Shown: positions 39,017-49,505, counted from the first letter of the stretch. The stretch is 64,000 nt of DNA from an uncultured delta proteobacterium (GCA_963789265.1 CAWBKB010000001.1:512001-576000); one strand, 5' to 3'. Numbers and translations: made by a program. The notes: generated by a model not told the origin, from the sequence alone.

Positions 39017-39330
39017 CAATTCCCGATCCAGGTGCCACAGATCGAGGTGCCGGGTTTGGTTCTTCGAGCATTGGGGCTGGGCAGGACCGGTCGGACCTGT
39101 CGGGACTTCAACAAGTGCCGTAGTTCTTGTCCAATTGGCGAGATCGAAACAATCATCCCGGACTACCATCCCGAGATGGTAAGGGTGACCGGCGGTCGCC
39201 CAGGGCGAATGCCATTCGCCCCTACGGTTCCCCGCTGACACAGGTGAACATACCAAGGGCGGGTTTCAAACGCGCCCCTACACGAAACACCGTGTCACTT
39301 GCTTGAAAGCGAAATGATATCAGCCGCGAC

Positions 39331-40380
39331 CTACCGGTCGAGCGATTTGCCTGTTGCATCGACAATCAACAGTAACTTCTCGTCTGTAACTCTGACAGCG
39401 GTCAAACCTACTGTTTCCAAGTGTCCGTCGCCGTATTCTACTTCAAAGGTACTGGTGGTCGAGACTCTATCACCAGGCACGACCGCTGTATCAACCCACT
39501 CCGACAGACGATGAAAAGAAGGCTTGGGGCCGGGTTGGTTCCCATCAACGGTGCATTCCGGGCCGTTAGTAAGCTCCATACCCTCACAGCCAAACAGTTC
39601 GTTAAATTTAGGATTGATGGGTTTCACTGCCCCATCACTCCCGATAAATGCCAAACCGTAAGGCATCCCGTCCCACAAAGAATCAAATTCTTGCTTTTGC
39701 CGGCTTAGGCATTCCCGGGTAGTCAGGTGTTCAGCCAGCTCGAGACTTAGCTGCTCCTGCAGTTTGCGCATTTCCACGGTAAGTTCATCCATGCACTTTC
39801 CGAGTTTATAGTTTTCCTGCCGGTACCTTTGGTCATTTCTCTGGCTTAGAGCTAACTGCTTCTTTTCCGAGGTAAGATCCTCTATTGTCAGCAGCACATA
39901 CCTCTCCAAACCGATCCTCACCGATCTCAGGTGGAGGCGAGCCCAGATTTTCCTGTTCTCTATCACCAGGATTGCCTCCGCAACCCGAGGCTTCCTTGTC
40001 TCGAATGCACTGTGTATTAGGGCTTGAATCTTCTCGGTTAACGCTTGCGCTCTGGCAACGTCGTTAGGAAGAGGCACGAGGTCAGCGAAGGGAAGTCCTC
40101 TTATTTGCCTGTATCCTGCACTGATCCTTGCGCAGGACTCATTTGCAAAGCCCACCTGAAAAAATCGATCTATTAGCAGTGCAGGAATCGGAAGAGCATC
40201 CAACAACCTACCGAGGGTAGACGAGCTAATGGCACCCAAGTCAAATGTTCCCGAAGAATAAACATCCCGAGTAAACAAATCGCTCAGGTCTATGGTTTGG
40301 GTCCCCTCTCCCTGCGAAGGCCCCAAAGGTTCATCTTTCTCTCCGAACAGGTCGAAACTTGGCAGTGTACGATCATCCAT
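39331..40380 (-). CDS. PAS domain protein without output domain
   Basis: LDALPIPALLID PAS, coiled coil, second degenerate PAS; 9 bp after gvpJ. Confidence 0.8.
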   Translation of the reverse strand: MDDRTLPSFDLFGEKDEPLGPSQGEGTQTIDLSDLFTRDVYSSGTFDLGAISSSTLGRLLDALPIPALLIDRFFQVGFANESCARISAGYRQIRGLPFADLVPLPNDVARAQALTEKIQALIHSAFETRKPRVAEAILVIENRKIWARLHLRSVRIGLERYVLLTIEDLTSEKKQLALSQRNDQRYRQENYKLGKCMDELTVEMRKLQEQLSLELAEHLTTRECLSRQKQEFDSLWDGMPYGLAFIGSDGAVKPINPKFNELFGCEGMELTNGPECTVDGNQPGPKPSFHRLSEWVDTAVVPGDRVSTTSTFEVEYGDGHLETVGLTAVRVTDEKLLLIVDATGKSLDR

Positions 40381-40389
40381 GATTCGCCT

Positions 40390-40638
40390 CTATCCCGCTG
40401 ACGCTTCAAGGCTGGGCTTCTGGAAAGCAGGGTTGTTTACCCACCAATCCATGCCCATCTCCTTGGCCTTGTCCACAGAGCAGATTACAAGCCGAATTTG
40501 GATTGTAAGCAGCTCGACGTCAACCAATTTGATCTTGATGTCACCGGCGATGACTATGCCCTTGTCCAGGACACGTTCGAGCAGGTCAGCAAGATTGGTG
40601 CTTTGAATCGAATGTCGAGCAGAGCTTTGAATTGCCAT
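40390..40638 (-). CDS. gvpJ: Gas vesicle protein, GvpA/J family
   Basis: LADLLERVLDKGIVIAGDI..VELLTIQIRLVICSVDKA..GMDWW. Confidence 0.88.
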   Translation of the reverse strand: MAIQSSARHSIQSTNLADLLERVLDKGIVIAGDIKIKLVDVELLTIQIRLVICSVDKAKEMGMDWWVNNPAFQKPSLEASAG

Positions 40639-40649
40639 TTTACTACTCC

Positions 40650-41024
40650 TTACAGGAGCTTCCCGAGCGGTCCCAGGTCAAGATTCAGGTCTTCTTCGTT
40701 TAGACCGAACTCGCCGCGGAGTCTCTCGATTTCCTGTGCCTGCAACATTAACGTTGTTCCGAGTCGTTCAATTTCCCAATCAGTAAGGGTTCCACCCTCC
40801 ATTCGTCGAATCGCCTGGCGCTCCAGGAGTTCGTGAAGCAGCTTCACGAGCGTCAGGACAAGTTGTCCCAAGCCATTCTTCACACTGTCTTGATCCAGAT
40901 TCAGGTGTGACTTTTTTCCGTCACTTTCGGCATCCGTTGACCAGCGTGCTTGCATTACTCTGGAAAAGTCTCCGAACGAGTCGGACTCGACCTTAAGAGC
41001 CTGTGAAGAACTCATAATTTTCAC
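40650..41024 (-). CDS. gvpK: Gas vesicle protein K
   Basis: GLGQLVLTLVKLLHELLERQAIRRMEGG..DLNLDLGPLGKLL. Confidence 0.93.
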   Translation of the reverse strand: MKIMSSSQALKVESDSFGDFSRVMQARWSTDAESDGKKSHLNLDQDSVKNGLGQLVLTLVKLLHELLERQAIRRMEGGTLTDWEIERLGTTLMLQAQEIERLRGEFGLNEEDLNLDLGPLGKLL

Positions 41025-41136
41025 TCCACGATCGGAGCTCTCCAGCCAACGCCCGGCCTCGGGCCGGCTGACAAAAGAGCCGATACTAGAAAGACCATCG
41101 TGCTGAGTGCAGCAATCACAGTTACCTGCGTCGCCC

Positions 41137-41349
41137 CTAAATGTTGCCCATCCGGGGGAAGGGTAGCCGATCCGTTCCTCGGATAGTATCTACCGAAGCC
41201 AAGATCACTTGCAGGCCGAGGTAGATCAGATCGACGTTAGCGACTGAAATCGTCACCTCTCCGGAGATTACAGCTCCCTTATTTAATACGCGGTCCAGAG
41301 CTTCGCAGAGGGATACGTGTTCTGCTTCTTCCATTGGGAGATTATTCAT
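41137..41349 (-). CDS. Gas vesicle protein, GvpA family (GvpS/M-like)
   Basis: SLCEALDRVLNKGAVISGEVTISVANVDLIYLGL. Confidence 0.88.
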   Translation of the reverse strand: MNNLPMEEAEHVSLCEALDRVLNKGAVISGEVTISVANVDLIYLGLQVILASVDTIRGTDRLPFPRMGNI

Positions 41350-41593
41350 CGTCATCAATGATAGCACCCTGTTCCTGGATGGCATCCAATCGATCGAGAA
41401 GGTCGGATTCCAGTCGATCGAACTCAGTCTCCGAGATTTTCCCGGTTTCAAGCATTGCATAGAGCTGCTGCAGTTGTCCGGTTAGGGCGTCCGACTCCTC
41501 ACGGAGTTCCTGTTCAGCCGCATTGCAAATTTCATTGAAAATCCACAGAAACCCCTTAACAGGAAACAACAAGACATCATCCGCAATAAGCAT
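41342..41593 (-). CDS. gvpG: Gas vesicle protein G
   Basis: LLFPVKGFLWIF..LETGKISETEFDRLESDLLDRL. Confidence 0.9.
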   Translation of the reverse strand: MLIADDVLLFPVKGFLWIFNEICNAAEQELREESDALTGQLQQLYAMLETGKISETEFDRLESDLLDRLDAIQEQGAIIDDDE

Positions 41594-41617
41594 CTTAGTT
41601 CTCCAGCCGTGCCGGGA

Positions 41618-42385
41618 TTAAACGTCGATCTCAAGTTCGACAAAGTTATGGGGAGCCCAAGGTCCGTTGAAATCAAAGGCGAAGTTGTCATCGAAGTGGC
41701 CGGCAGCTTCGAACACTCCGGCCTCAAATTCATTCAGGAGGTTTCGCCCTACAAGACAGGATAGATTCATGATTTCTCTTTCATCTCGACACTTGCCGCT
41801 CTTGATTTCAAAGCAGCGAGTTCGAAGGATCTGCTCCACATTCTCCGTGAGTCGCTCTCTGTCGAGATTCAGAGCTTGTTCGAACATGTGACCGATTTCT
41901 ATCTTATCTTCCTGCGTCGGCGCATGGTTGGCTCGAAACAAGTCATCACGAGCCTGTTTCAGTTCGCCGTGTGTGTTAATCATGAATTCGAAGATGTTAG
42001 GGACATCCCATGCGACTTTTACTCCCATTTCTACTCTGCCTGAGACTCGTTTGAGTTGCTTCCGGATGGCTGCAGAGTTTCGCGAGAGAATTGCACGGAC
42101 AGCTTTGGGCCCGTTTGAGATTATTCCGAAAGACACGGGAAGCAGATCGCCGTCCGCCATCAGCTTTTTCAACACACCCTGATGCGCGGCGAAATGTCGG
42201 CGCTCAGGGCGGATTTTGTGATTCGGGAGGTCGCTCACAACGGCGGCTACCTCTCCATCGGCAATGGTGTAGACCGTGCCCCCATTGATGCCGAGAGAGC
42301 CGAAAGTCCTTTGCCGGGAGCCGGGAATCACCGCGTAAAGGTACCTACCTTTCAGGCCCGGCATTTTTAGTGTCGTTTTTTCCAT
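41618..42385 (-). CDS. GvpL/GvpF family gas vesicle protein
   Basis: YLYAVI, LLPVSFG, GPWAPHNFV. Confidence 0.92.
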   Translation of the reverse strand: MEKTTLKMPGLKGRYLYAVIPGSRQRTFGSLGINGGTVYTIADGEVAAVVSDLPNHKIRPERRHFAAHQGVLKKLMADGDLLPVSFGIISNGPKAVRAILSRNSAAIRKQLKRVSGRVEMGVKVAWDVPNIFEFMINTHGELKQARDDLFRANHAPTQEDKIEIGHMFEQALNLDRERLTENVEQILRTRCFEIKSGKCRDEREIMNLSCLVGRNLLNEFEAGVFEAAGHFDDNFAFDFNGPWAPHNFVELEIDV

Positions 42386-42469
42386 CTCTGCACCTCGTCT
42401 GTGCGAAGACTAGTGTCGGCAACTTTGATGTTTGTCATGCCTGAACCGCTGAGTCCTATGTGAAACGGT

Positions 42470-42676
42470 TCAGTGAACGGCCTCGTGGTTCGGCTCAGTC
42501 TTCGGCATTGCATTCCGGTGCGGCGTGCCCGTAAAGTTCACGGACTTGATCTTGCCGTCGCAGGTCTTTACGTGAAGCAAGGCGCCGCAGACGTAGCACT
42601 TGACCAAGCCTTCGAAATCGTCATAGGCATCGTCAAGCATCATGTTATGGCCACAAGAAACGCAATTGATTTTCAT
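42470..42676 (-). CDS. Small zinc-ribbon protein in the gvp cluster
   Basis: CVSCG..KCYVCG; GAGGG RBS. Confidence 0.7.
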   Translation of the reverse strand: MKINCVSCGHNMMLDDAYDDFEGLVKCYVCGALLHVKTCDGKIKSVNFTGTPHRNAMPKTEPNHEAVH

Positions 42677-43093
42677 AGCTTTTTCCCTCGAATTCCTTAG
42701 ATTGTCGGATTTATTCCAAATTAGTCGGATCCGCTCCATTGTGGAGTCCCGGTAGCCGCTCTGTGGGGATCCCCTGAATGAGATTCATCTGATCCAAAAC
42801 TCTGCCTAGCGGCCTTTTATCGCCCGCAACATCCGGTAGTTCCGAATCGGGAGAGTTCTCTCGACCCACCAGAGAGCCAAAGCACGCGCTCATTGCTGAA
42901 CATTCGCCTGGCTTCCCCCATCTGCATGCGACCTCTATCCAGACTATGCATGGGAGTTCCGGTTGCGTGACGGCAGGATCGGAAACCTTTTATGTTTCGA
43001 TTCGTCCTTATCTGATTGGAGCCTTTTATTGGGAACATCGAATTTCTCCTGCCTTTTCCGGGACACACCCCGGGTCTGAGTCATTTGCACGGT

Positions 43094-43414
43094 TCAATAC
43101 TTGAGTTTAAAACCACTTTTCCCTGGAGATGCCTTGTCCTTGACATTCGTCGCCTTGGGCAGAGCATCTTGTTTCCGCTCCCCAAGCTTTCTCAGAAGCA
43201 CGTCTTTTTCTGCCTCTATCTCCTTGAGTCTGTTTTCTAAAATTGAAACCCTGCTGAGTGCGCTGAGTCTCTCCTTTTGCCTTCTGGCTTTCTCCATCTC
43301 CAGGCAACTGATGCTCATATATGCCTTGTAGGGAATTCCGACACGGTCGACTCGTCCGGAGTTGGTACGAATATCTCTCAACCCTCTCGAGTTTCCTGTG
43401 GTTCGGATAGTCAT
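43094..43414 (-). CDS. Basic coiled-coil protein coupled to gvpN
   Basis: ATGA overlap with the gvpN stop; LEMEKARR..LENRLKEIEAEK. Confidence 0.75.
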   Translation of the reverse strand: MTIRTTGNSRGLRDIRTNSGRVDRVGIPYKAYMSISCLEMEKARRQKERLSALSRVSILENRLKEIEAEKDVLLRKLGERKQDALPKATNVKDKASPGKSGFKLKY

Positions 43415-44427
43415 AGCTCACCCACCTTGTCTAGCGAACCTACCTGCGCATGTTTTCTGCTTCCTCTTCGCCTTGTACACACCTTTTGAACCACTTCGTC
43501 TACTTTCTGGGACATGAGGGATTGCCCGCCCCGAGTCACCTTTGCAGTGTCAGTATTCAAAATGTCCTTGCAGAGCGACCGGAAGACATTGTCATTTTGT
43601 TCGGCGTGCGCTTCTGCATGAGCAAGCACTCTCGCAATAGCTATGGCAGCCCGAATAGTCGGCCGGTGATTGTTAACTCCCAGCAGACGTAATTCTCGTA
43701 TGATATCTACAATGATTCCGGCTTCTCTTCTTGAAATCCCTGACTTTGACACGGTGATTTCAATTTCAGTCTCGCGATCGTAGTGGTCGACATTGATGGT
43801 AATTATACGATCCATGAGCGCATCCTGAGTCTTATGTACCCCGGCGTACTCTTCCGGATTCGAGGTGAAAATGGCCCTAAACGATGGATGTACCTCGAGA
43901 TAACCTTCGCCCGTTCTACGCAAACTCGGGAGGTTAAGAATCTTTTCTTCCAGGATGCTCAAGAGCACGTTATTAGCTTCGGGTCTGGAGCGGGTAAACT
44001 CGTCATAAATGAGGGTGTACCCATCGCGGCAGGCAGTGGTGAGACGGTTGTCTACCCACAAACTCCGCATTTCTTCCTCTGTTTTGACCACCGAATGAAT
44101 GAAGTTGTCGATAAGTTTTGATTTTTTGTAACCGGCATCCCTGCCAACGAGGTCGGAACTACCGAATTCGTCATCTCCATGCACCAGGATGACCGGTCTA
44201 CCCCGTTTCGCCGCGGCATGAAAAGCTAAAGTGGTCTTGCCCGTCCCTGCTGGGCCTGCGAAATGAACTGAGTACCCCACCCCCAGATAGGACATGGCAC
44301 GATCGGTCAGCACTTCCACGTGCGGGGTACACACGAACCGGTCACTCGGCTCGGGCACGATGCTGTCGTCATCTGTAGGAATGACTTCCCTGGCAATGGA
44401 TGCTATCTTCGAGTCTGCGCCACTCAT
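43411..44427 (-). CDS. gvpN: Gas vesicle AAA ATPase
   Basis: GPAGTGKT, DNFIHSVVK, WVDNRLT, YDEFTRSRPEANN, NPEEYAGVHKTQDAL. Confidence 0.96.
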   Translation of the reverse strand: MSGADSKIASIAREVIPTDDDSIVPEPSDRFVCTPHVEVLTDRAMSYLGVGYSVHFAGPAGTGKTTLAFHAAAKRGRPVILVHGDDEFGSSDLVGRDAGYKKSKLIDNFIHSVVKTEEEMRSLWVDNRLTTACRDGYTLIYDEFTRSRPEANNVLLSILEEKILNLPSLRRTGEGYLEVHPSFRAIFTSNPEEYAGVHKTQDALMDRIITINVDHYDRETEIEITVSKSGISRREAGIIVDIIRELRLLGVNNHRPTIRAAIAIARVLAHAEAHAEQNDNVFRSLCKDILNTDTAKVTRGGQSLMSQKVDEVVQKVCTRRRGSRKHAQVGSLDKVGEL

Positions 44428-44535
44428 ATTTTTTCGCTCCCTTTTGTGATCGTGCCGCCGCCCGTCGGCAGGGCAGGCTCCAAAAATGTTTGCGGCGTTG
44501 ACCGGAACAGCATCTTTGCCAACGCCGATTTGCGT

Positions 44536-44886
44536 TTAATCTTTGGTAACGAACCCTCGCCCGCGGCACTTTAAACAGGCCATAGCTGGTGCCGAGGCAT
44601 CATCCCCCGAGCCCTTGCATTCCGGACACACTTTCGTCGGCTCCGGGGGAAGTGGAACAAAACCCGTCCCCATACAAACAGTGCAGGTCAAAGTTTTAAC
44701 CGCCCCGGTTCCGTTACAGTGGGCGCAACGGGTGTAGGGCGTGCGCAACCACACAACGCCCCTACCCCCGCAGACGCAGCACGTTGAAATCCACGACATG
44801 ATTCCGAAAGGGTCCGTCCCCGTGCCGCCACAGAAAGAGCAAGTTACCTTCGCCATTCCCGTTCGATTTGCCGTTAGCTCAGGCAT
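44536..44886 (-). CDS. DnaJ-type zinc-finger repeat protein
   Basis: Six CxxCxGxG repeats; no J domain. Confidence 0.85.
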   Translation of the reverse strand: MPELTANRTGMAKVTCSFCGGTGTDPFGIMSWISTCCVCGGRGVVWLRTPYTRCAHCNGTGAVKTLTCTVCMGTGFVPLPPEPTKVCPECKGSGDDASAPAMACLKCRGRGFVTKD

Positions 44887-44919
44887 CTTCTTCCCTTGGA
44901 TTCACTGATGAATCCGGTG

Positions 44920-45665
44920 TTATCTTTTGTCCTTCTTTTTGCCCATGACTGAGGGGAGACTATGTTTTTCCTTCTCAGCCTCTTCCCTTGCCTTAAGTTC
45001 AGCTTCGGCTTTCGCTCTTTGCTGGGCGAGTTGTGCTTCTTTCGCCTGTCTTTCGTTCTGCACCTTGGCTCGTCGAGCAGCAGGAGAAAGCGTTGCCCAG
45101 GCTCTTCTAGCCCCAATCAAGTCAGCCGCAAATTCCTGCCTGATGGCACCTACCGAGGATTTCATGTTCGAGACAAACATCTCTCTATGAGCTTTTTCGT
45201 TCTTCGCGGATGTTGACCGACTCAGGCGGAACCCCGCCAGAAGACCGGAAACATCGTTTGCCATGGCCGCTACGAAATCTGCGTTTTCCTTTTTGTTCTC
45301 CTGGCCATCTCTTCGTGGGCTTTGTCAAATCCGGTTAAAGTCCGGCGCACATCGGTGGTCATACCGGCAACAAACTTGGCTCGATCTTGTCTAGTGTTAG
45401 CAGCCATATCCGCGTGCGCTTTTTGAAAGCCGGCCTGCAATCCGGAAACGTTGGAGACCAGGTTTGAGACAAACTTTTTTTGAAGTGCTCTCGTTTGTGC
45501 CGCCATCTTTGCATGAGATTTGCGGAATCCTGATCGCATAGACGCGACTTCCGCCTTCATTTCCCCGGTCTGCTTGGCCACGTCCGTCATGAAAGCTTGA
45601 CGAGCACCTTGCAAGGCCGTTATCTCTCCGCAAAGTCGGGCGATGTCTTGAGTCAGAGTACCCAT
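44920..45665 (-). CDS. GvpC-like 33-aa repeat protein, split by a frameshift near 45290
   Basis: Repeats such as FVSNLVSNVSGLQAGFQKAHADMAANTRQDRAK; located between gvpA and gvpN; adding one A joins both ORFs. Confidence 0.7.
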
Positions 45666-45816
45666 TACTCCTCCTTTGTTTGTTTTACACCCCATTGTCT
45701 CCAATGAGGCGCCAAGGGACCTCGCTAATCGGTAGTCGCTGTTGGAATTTCCCCGGGACAGGTTTAGAGGGGGCGTGGCCCCCCCGGACCTGTGGGAAAT
45801 CCCGGCGGCGCAACTA

Positions 45817-46035
45817 TCATGCCGGCGCAGCAGCACTTGCCGTGAGTCCGATCGCTTCGGCGTATTTCAGGTAAGTCTCCACTGACGCGATGACTACCCT
45901 GGCTTCGATGGAAAGCAGTTCGATCCCGACGAGAGACACTTTGGCCCAAGCATCGATCACGATACCTTTGTCCAAAATCCTGTCCACAACCTCAGCAAGA
46001 CTCGAAGAGTCCGTCGACTTGGCTATCTTGGCCAT
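45817..46035 (-). CDS. gvpA: Major gas vesicle structural protein
   Basis: [63 protein letters not shown]. Confidence 0.97.
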   Translation of the reverse strand: MAKIAKSTDSSSLAEVVDRILDKGIVIDAWAKVSLVGIELLSIEARVVIASVETYLKYAEAIGLTASAAAPA

Positions 46036-46110
46036 TTTAATCCTCCATTTTTGGAATTCTGAATTTGCCATCGCTGGCTTGTTTTGGTAGGCATGCCTGA
46101 TTGCGGTAGT

Positions 46111-46126
46111 TGCGAGATTCGTGCCA
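46111..46126 (-). promoter_or_regulatory. Candidate sigma54 (-24/-12) promoter of gvpA
   Basis: Minus strand TGGCAC-GAATC-TCGCA, ~75 bp upstream of the gvpA ATG. Confidence 0.65.
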
Positions 46127-46597
46127 AGTTTGGCGCGTAGTTCCGTTGAAATCACGTCGGTTGTTATACATCATCAGAAGGCGCTGAAAACAGGAGAGAA
46201 TACCATTTCGCCTCCTCACGAAGAATACGATGGCGCTCCGCCTCCATGGTGTGAATCAATTGAACTGGTGGGACAGGCTTCCAGCCTGTCTATTGGAAAT
46301 GACTGGCAACCCCGCGTCCCGCGCGGGGCGTCGTCACCAAATCATTTTCTTTTTTGGTGACCACTTGTGATACCAATGCGCGGTCAAACGAGTGACAATC
46401 CTGGAGAGGATATGGTGGGGCAGGCTTCCTGCCTGCCATACGTCACCCCGGACTCCGATCCGGGGTCCAGTCTGGATGCCCGCGTACGCGGGCATGACGA
46501 CATGTAAGGGCGGGTTTGACAGGAGAGATCGGGGTGTGGTGCTATAGAATGATTTCCATATTTAGGGAATCGGCTCCTCATCAAACCTTCACTCCAC

Positions 46598-46978
46598 CTA
46601 TAATGAACGTGCAAATTCAATGGATCTAAATATGTCCGCGTGAAGGAAGGGTTTCGGGAGAAAATCGCAAATTAGTCCGTCTGCCAGCGCCTTCTGAACC
46701 GTCGGGTCGTCCCTATAACAAAAACCGGAAACCATAACTACGCGGATGGAAGGATCGGCGCTCTTGAGACGGCGCGCAAGTTCAAGCCCTTCCATGTCAT
46801 GTAATTTAAGGTCCACAAAGGCCACACGGAATTCATGGTTTTCCATCAGTTCGATGGCCTGGCGTCCACTCAAGGCTTTTTTCAGGCAATAGCCCCCTTG
46901 ACTCAAGAGATGTTCCAGGAGCCAACACATGTCCGGTTCATCATCGACTATCAGAAACAGTTCTTCCGCGTCATTCAT
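46598..46978 (-). CDS. Single-domain response regulator
   Basis: LIVDDE, FVDLKL, LPKPF; ATGA overlap with the kinase. Confidence 0.9.
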   Translation of the reverse strand: MNDAEELFLIVDDEPDMCWLLEHLLSQGGYCLKKALSGRQAIELMENHEFRVAFVDLKLHDMEGLELARRLKSADPSIRVVMVSGFCYRDDPTVQKALADGLICDFLPKPFLHADIFRSIEFARSL

Positions 46979-48468
46979 AATGTCTCGCTCCTTACAATTG
47001 GCAACCTCACGGAAAAGGTGGAGCCTTTTCCCACAGCGCTATCCACTTGCAAAGATCCGCAATGCTGCTTCAGAATTGAGTAACATATTGAAAGACCAAG
47101 CCCCGTCCCTTTCCCGACCGGGGCGAGCGTATAAAACGGATCAAATATATTTTCAATGTCCTCCCTTGGGATGCCGCAACCAGTGTCCATTATATTTACC
47201 ATCAACTCTTCTTCAGAGCTTACAGCCGTGATTTTCAAAGTGCCGCCGTCAGGCATTGCATTCATCGCGTTGAGGAAAAGGTTTAGAAATACTTGCTGGA
47301 GCAGGCTTTGGTTCCCTCGAACTATCGCCTGTTGGATACCTATATCCGCGCATACTCTTATTTTTTGTATTTTTGCCTGGTTATCTACAAGTTTGAGAGT
47401 GTCCTGCAGGATGCTGACTATGTCTACCAGGGTCATGTCGGTAGCCGCCGACGGCCGTGCGAATCTGAGCAGGTTTTCGATGATCACAGAGGCTTTTTGT
47501 ATGTTGGCAAGAATCCGCTCGACACATTCTCTGTGAAATTCCGATTTGAACTGACATTCGCTCAAGAACTGCGCAGCGGAGTAACAAATTGCGAGAGGAT
47601 TCCGCACTTCATGGGCAATTCCACCGGCCATAACGCCTAGAGCAGCCAGCTTTTGGGACTGTCGGAGTTGCCGCTCCAATTTTCTGTGTTCGCTCAGGTC
47701 TCTCCCCACTGCTACCATGCCAACCAAGCGTCCGGTTTCATCCTTCATTGGAGACAAGACCCAACTTATGGGGATCCGGCGGCCTCCACCGGTAACCATA
47801 TCCCATTCACCGGTCTGGGAATTTGTTCCAGATCTGAATCTCTTGAATATATCTTTTAGTTCTTGACGATGCTCATCCGCGCATGAGTCGAAGAAGAGAG
47901 TTTCTTGGACTTCCTCGAGTGTGTAGCCTGACAGGCGTTCCGCAGCGGTGTTCCACGTCAGGATTCGCCCAAGCGAGTCGGTTGAGAGAACGAGGTCGGT
48001 GGCGCTTTCGACCACACTTGCTAGATGGCGTTCCCCTCTCCGTACTTCTTCGCTTAAACGAACCTGCTCGGTGACATCTTCCATTAACAGGATAGCGTTT
48101 TCCACGTGACCCCTCCAGGAGAACGGGAGAATGCTATAGTAATAAATCGTCATGGGGATGCCGGGAGCCCTGTATACCAACCGTTCTCCTCGGGTTGCTC
48201 TCCCGTTATCGAACGCTTGTCGGACACGGCTGGAGATGTCCATGTACTCTATAATGGCCGCGGGCAATAGGTCCCCCAGTTTGCGGCCAATGGTCTCGTC
48301 CTTATTCTTTCGGCTTCGTTGGAGAAAATTTCGATTTGCAGAGACAATACGCATGTCTCGATCGATCAAGAGCACCGAAGAGTGGATCGTCTCCAAAAGC
48401 ATCTGGTAAAGCTTTTCGTGACGATCCTTTGAACATTCCTCTGAAGCGTCAAGGACTTTAGTGGTCAT
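46975..48468 (-). CDS. Cytoplasmic PAS-PAS histidine kinase (NtrB-like)
   Basis: GGIAHEVRNPL, NAMNAM, GTGLGL; ATG 48468 after GGGAG. Confidence 0.92.
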   Translation of the reverse strand: MTTKVLDASEECSKDRHEKLYQMLLETIHSSVLLIDRDMRIVSANRNFLQRSRKNKDETIGRKLGDLLPAAIIEYMDISSRVRQAFDNGRATRGERLVYRAPGIPMTIYYYSILPFSWRGHVENAILLMEDVTEQVRLSEEVRRGERHLASVVESATDLVLSTDSLGRILTWNTAAERLSGYTLEEVQETLFFDSCADEHRQELKDIFKRFRSGTNSQTGEWDMVTGGGRRIPISWVLSPMKDETGRLVGMVAVGRDLSEHRKLERQLRQSQKLAALGVMAGGIAHEVRNPLAICYSAAQFLSECQFKSEFHRECVERILANIQKASVIIENLLRFARPSAATDMTLVDIVSILQDTLKLVDNQAKIQKIRVCADIGIQQAIVRGNQSLLQQVFLNLFLNAMNAMPDGGTLKITAVSSEEELMVNIMDTGCGIPREDIENIFDPFYTLAPVGKGTGLGLSICYSILKQHCGSLQVDSAVGKGSTFSVRLPIVRSETL

Positions 48469-48502
48469 GGCATCACTCCCACGAAATTGTAGGCAGACTT
48501 TT

Positions 48503-48709
48503 AGAAAGTGTCTCAAACCTATTTTGATGCCCAGAGTCGTGACACGTTTGCAACCCGGCGCTAAAGCACCGGTCTACTTTCAGTCGCCCCAATGGGGCTC
48601 AAATGCAAGCGTCCCGGAGGGACCGGTGATAGTAGCCCGGTAATTCATTGCCGGGAAAAGGGCATCGTACTACGAATTTCGCTCATGCCTCGATTTTGAG
48701 ACATTTTCT
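48503..48709. mobile_element. Non-autonomous MITE with IS1182-like ends carrying REP palindromes
   Basis: AGAAAGTGTCTCAAA ... TTTTGAGACATTTTCT. Confidence 0.7.
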
Positions 48710-48764
48710 TTAGTCCGCTACGCACCAGGTTAGGTATGTACAGATTTCTATCTTCGGTCTGAGA

Positions 48765-49505
48765 TCAGTAATCTTCAGGCAGGACGAAGTTGTATGGAGG
48801 CCAAGGACCACTAAGCAATAGTCTTGAGGTTTCTCGTGACTTCAACCCGGCAAAAACTTCCCGAAATGCTTCCACCGACTGTCTCGGGACTAAGAAATAA
48901 AGTGACAAGAAGACGGTCTTGGAGTCCTTTTCAAAAGGGGCTGCTTTGGTTGATTCAGCCTTGAAGCCCACAAACAGACCCTCAAATGGGGAACGATAGC
49001 GACCGATCATTTCTTGATTATGTTCACTAGAGAGTGTTTCCGCGTCAAGATAAGCCTTCCGGCCGGCCAAGTACGCCGCCCCTTCTCCTCGACCCTCCGG
49101 TTGAGAAGAAGCAAAAGCTTCATTTGCGGCCTTCGGCTCAAGGCTCATGTTATCAAAGATTGCTCTAATTCCAATTTCCACGCAACCGGCCAATTTTGTA
49201 AGCAGAATTTTGTAGCGTTCACTCTGTGTTTGCAAGAAGCGCTTGATCTCCGCCTCTTCGCGGACAACCATCCCGAAGCGGAGCGGAATTACTCCGAACT
49301 GATTATGAAATGATTCGATTACCTTGTGGTAAGCAAGAATTGTGGCAACGTCTTTGGACATTTCTCCGTTAGGAATTGTCGAAACCACGGCTCCGAGAGC
49401 ATTCCCCTCAACTACGTATGGGAAACTCCCGCCGATACCGGCTGGCGCCGGATTTGCGCGCGAGGCGTTTTCCTTGGAAAATATGCAATACACTAGGTAC
49501 TTCAT
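48765..49505 (-). CDS. GvpL/GvpF family gas vesicle protein
   Basis: MKYLVYCIF, VIPLRFG, SGPWPPYNFV. Confidence 0.9.
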   Translation of the reverse strand: MKYLVYCIFSKENASRANPAPAGIGGSFPYVVEGNALGAVVSTIPNGEMSKDVATILAYHKVIESFHNQFGVIPLRFGMVVREEAEIKRFLQTQSERYKILLTKLAGCVEIGIRAIFDNMSLEPKAANEAFASSQPEGRGEGAAYLAGRKAYLDAETLSSEHNQEMIGRYRSPFEGLFVGFKAESTKAAPFEKDSKTVFLSLYFLVPRQSVEAFREVFAGLKSRETSRLLLSGPWPPYNFVLPEDY

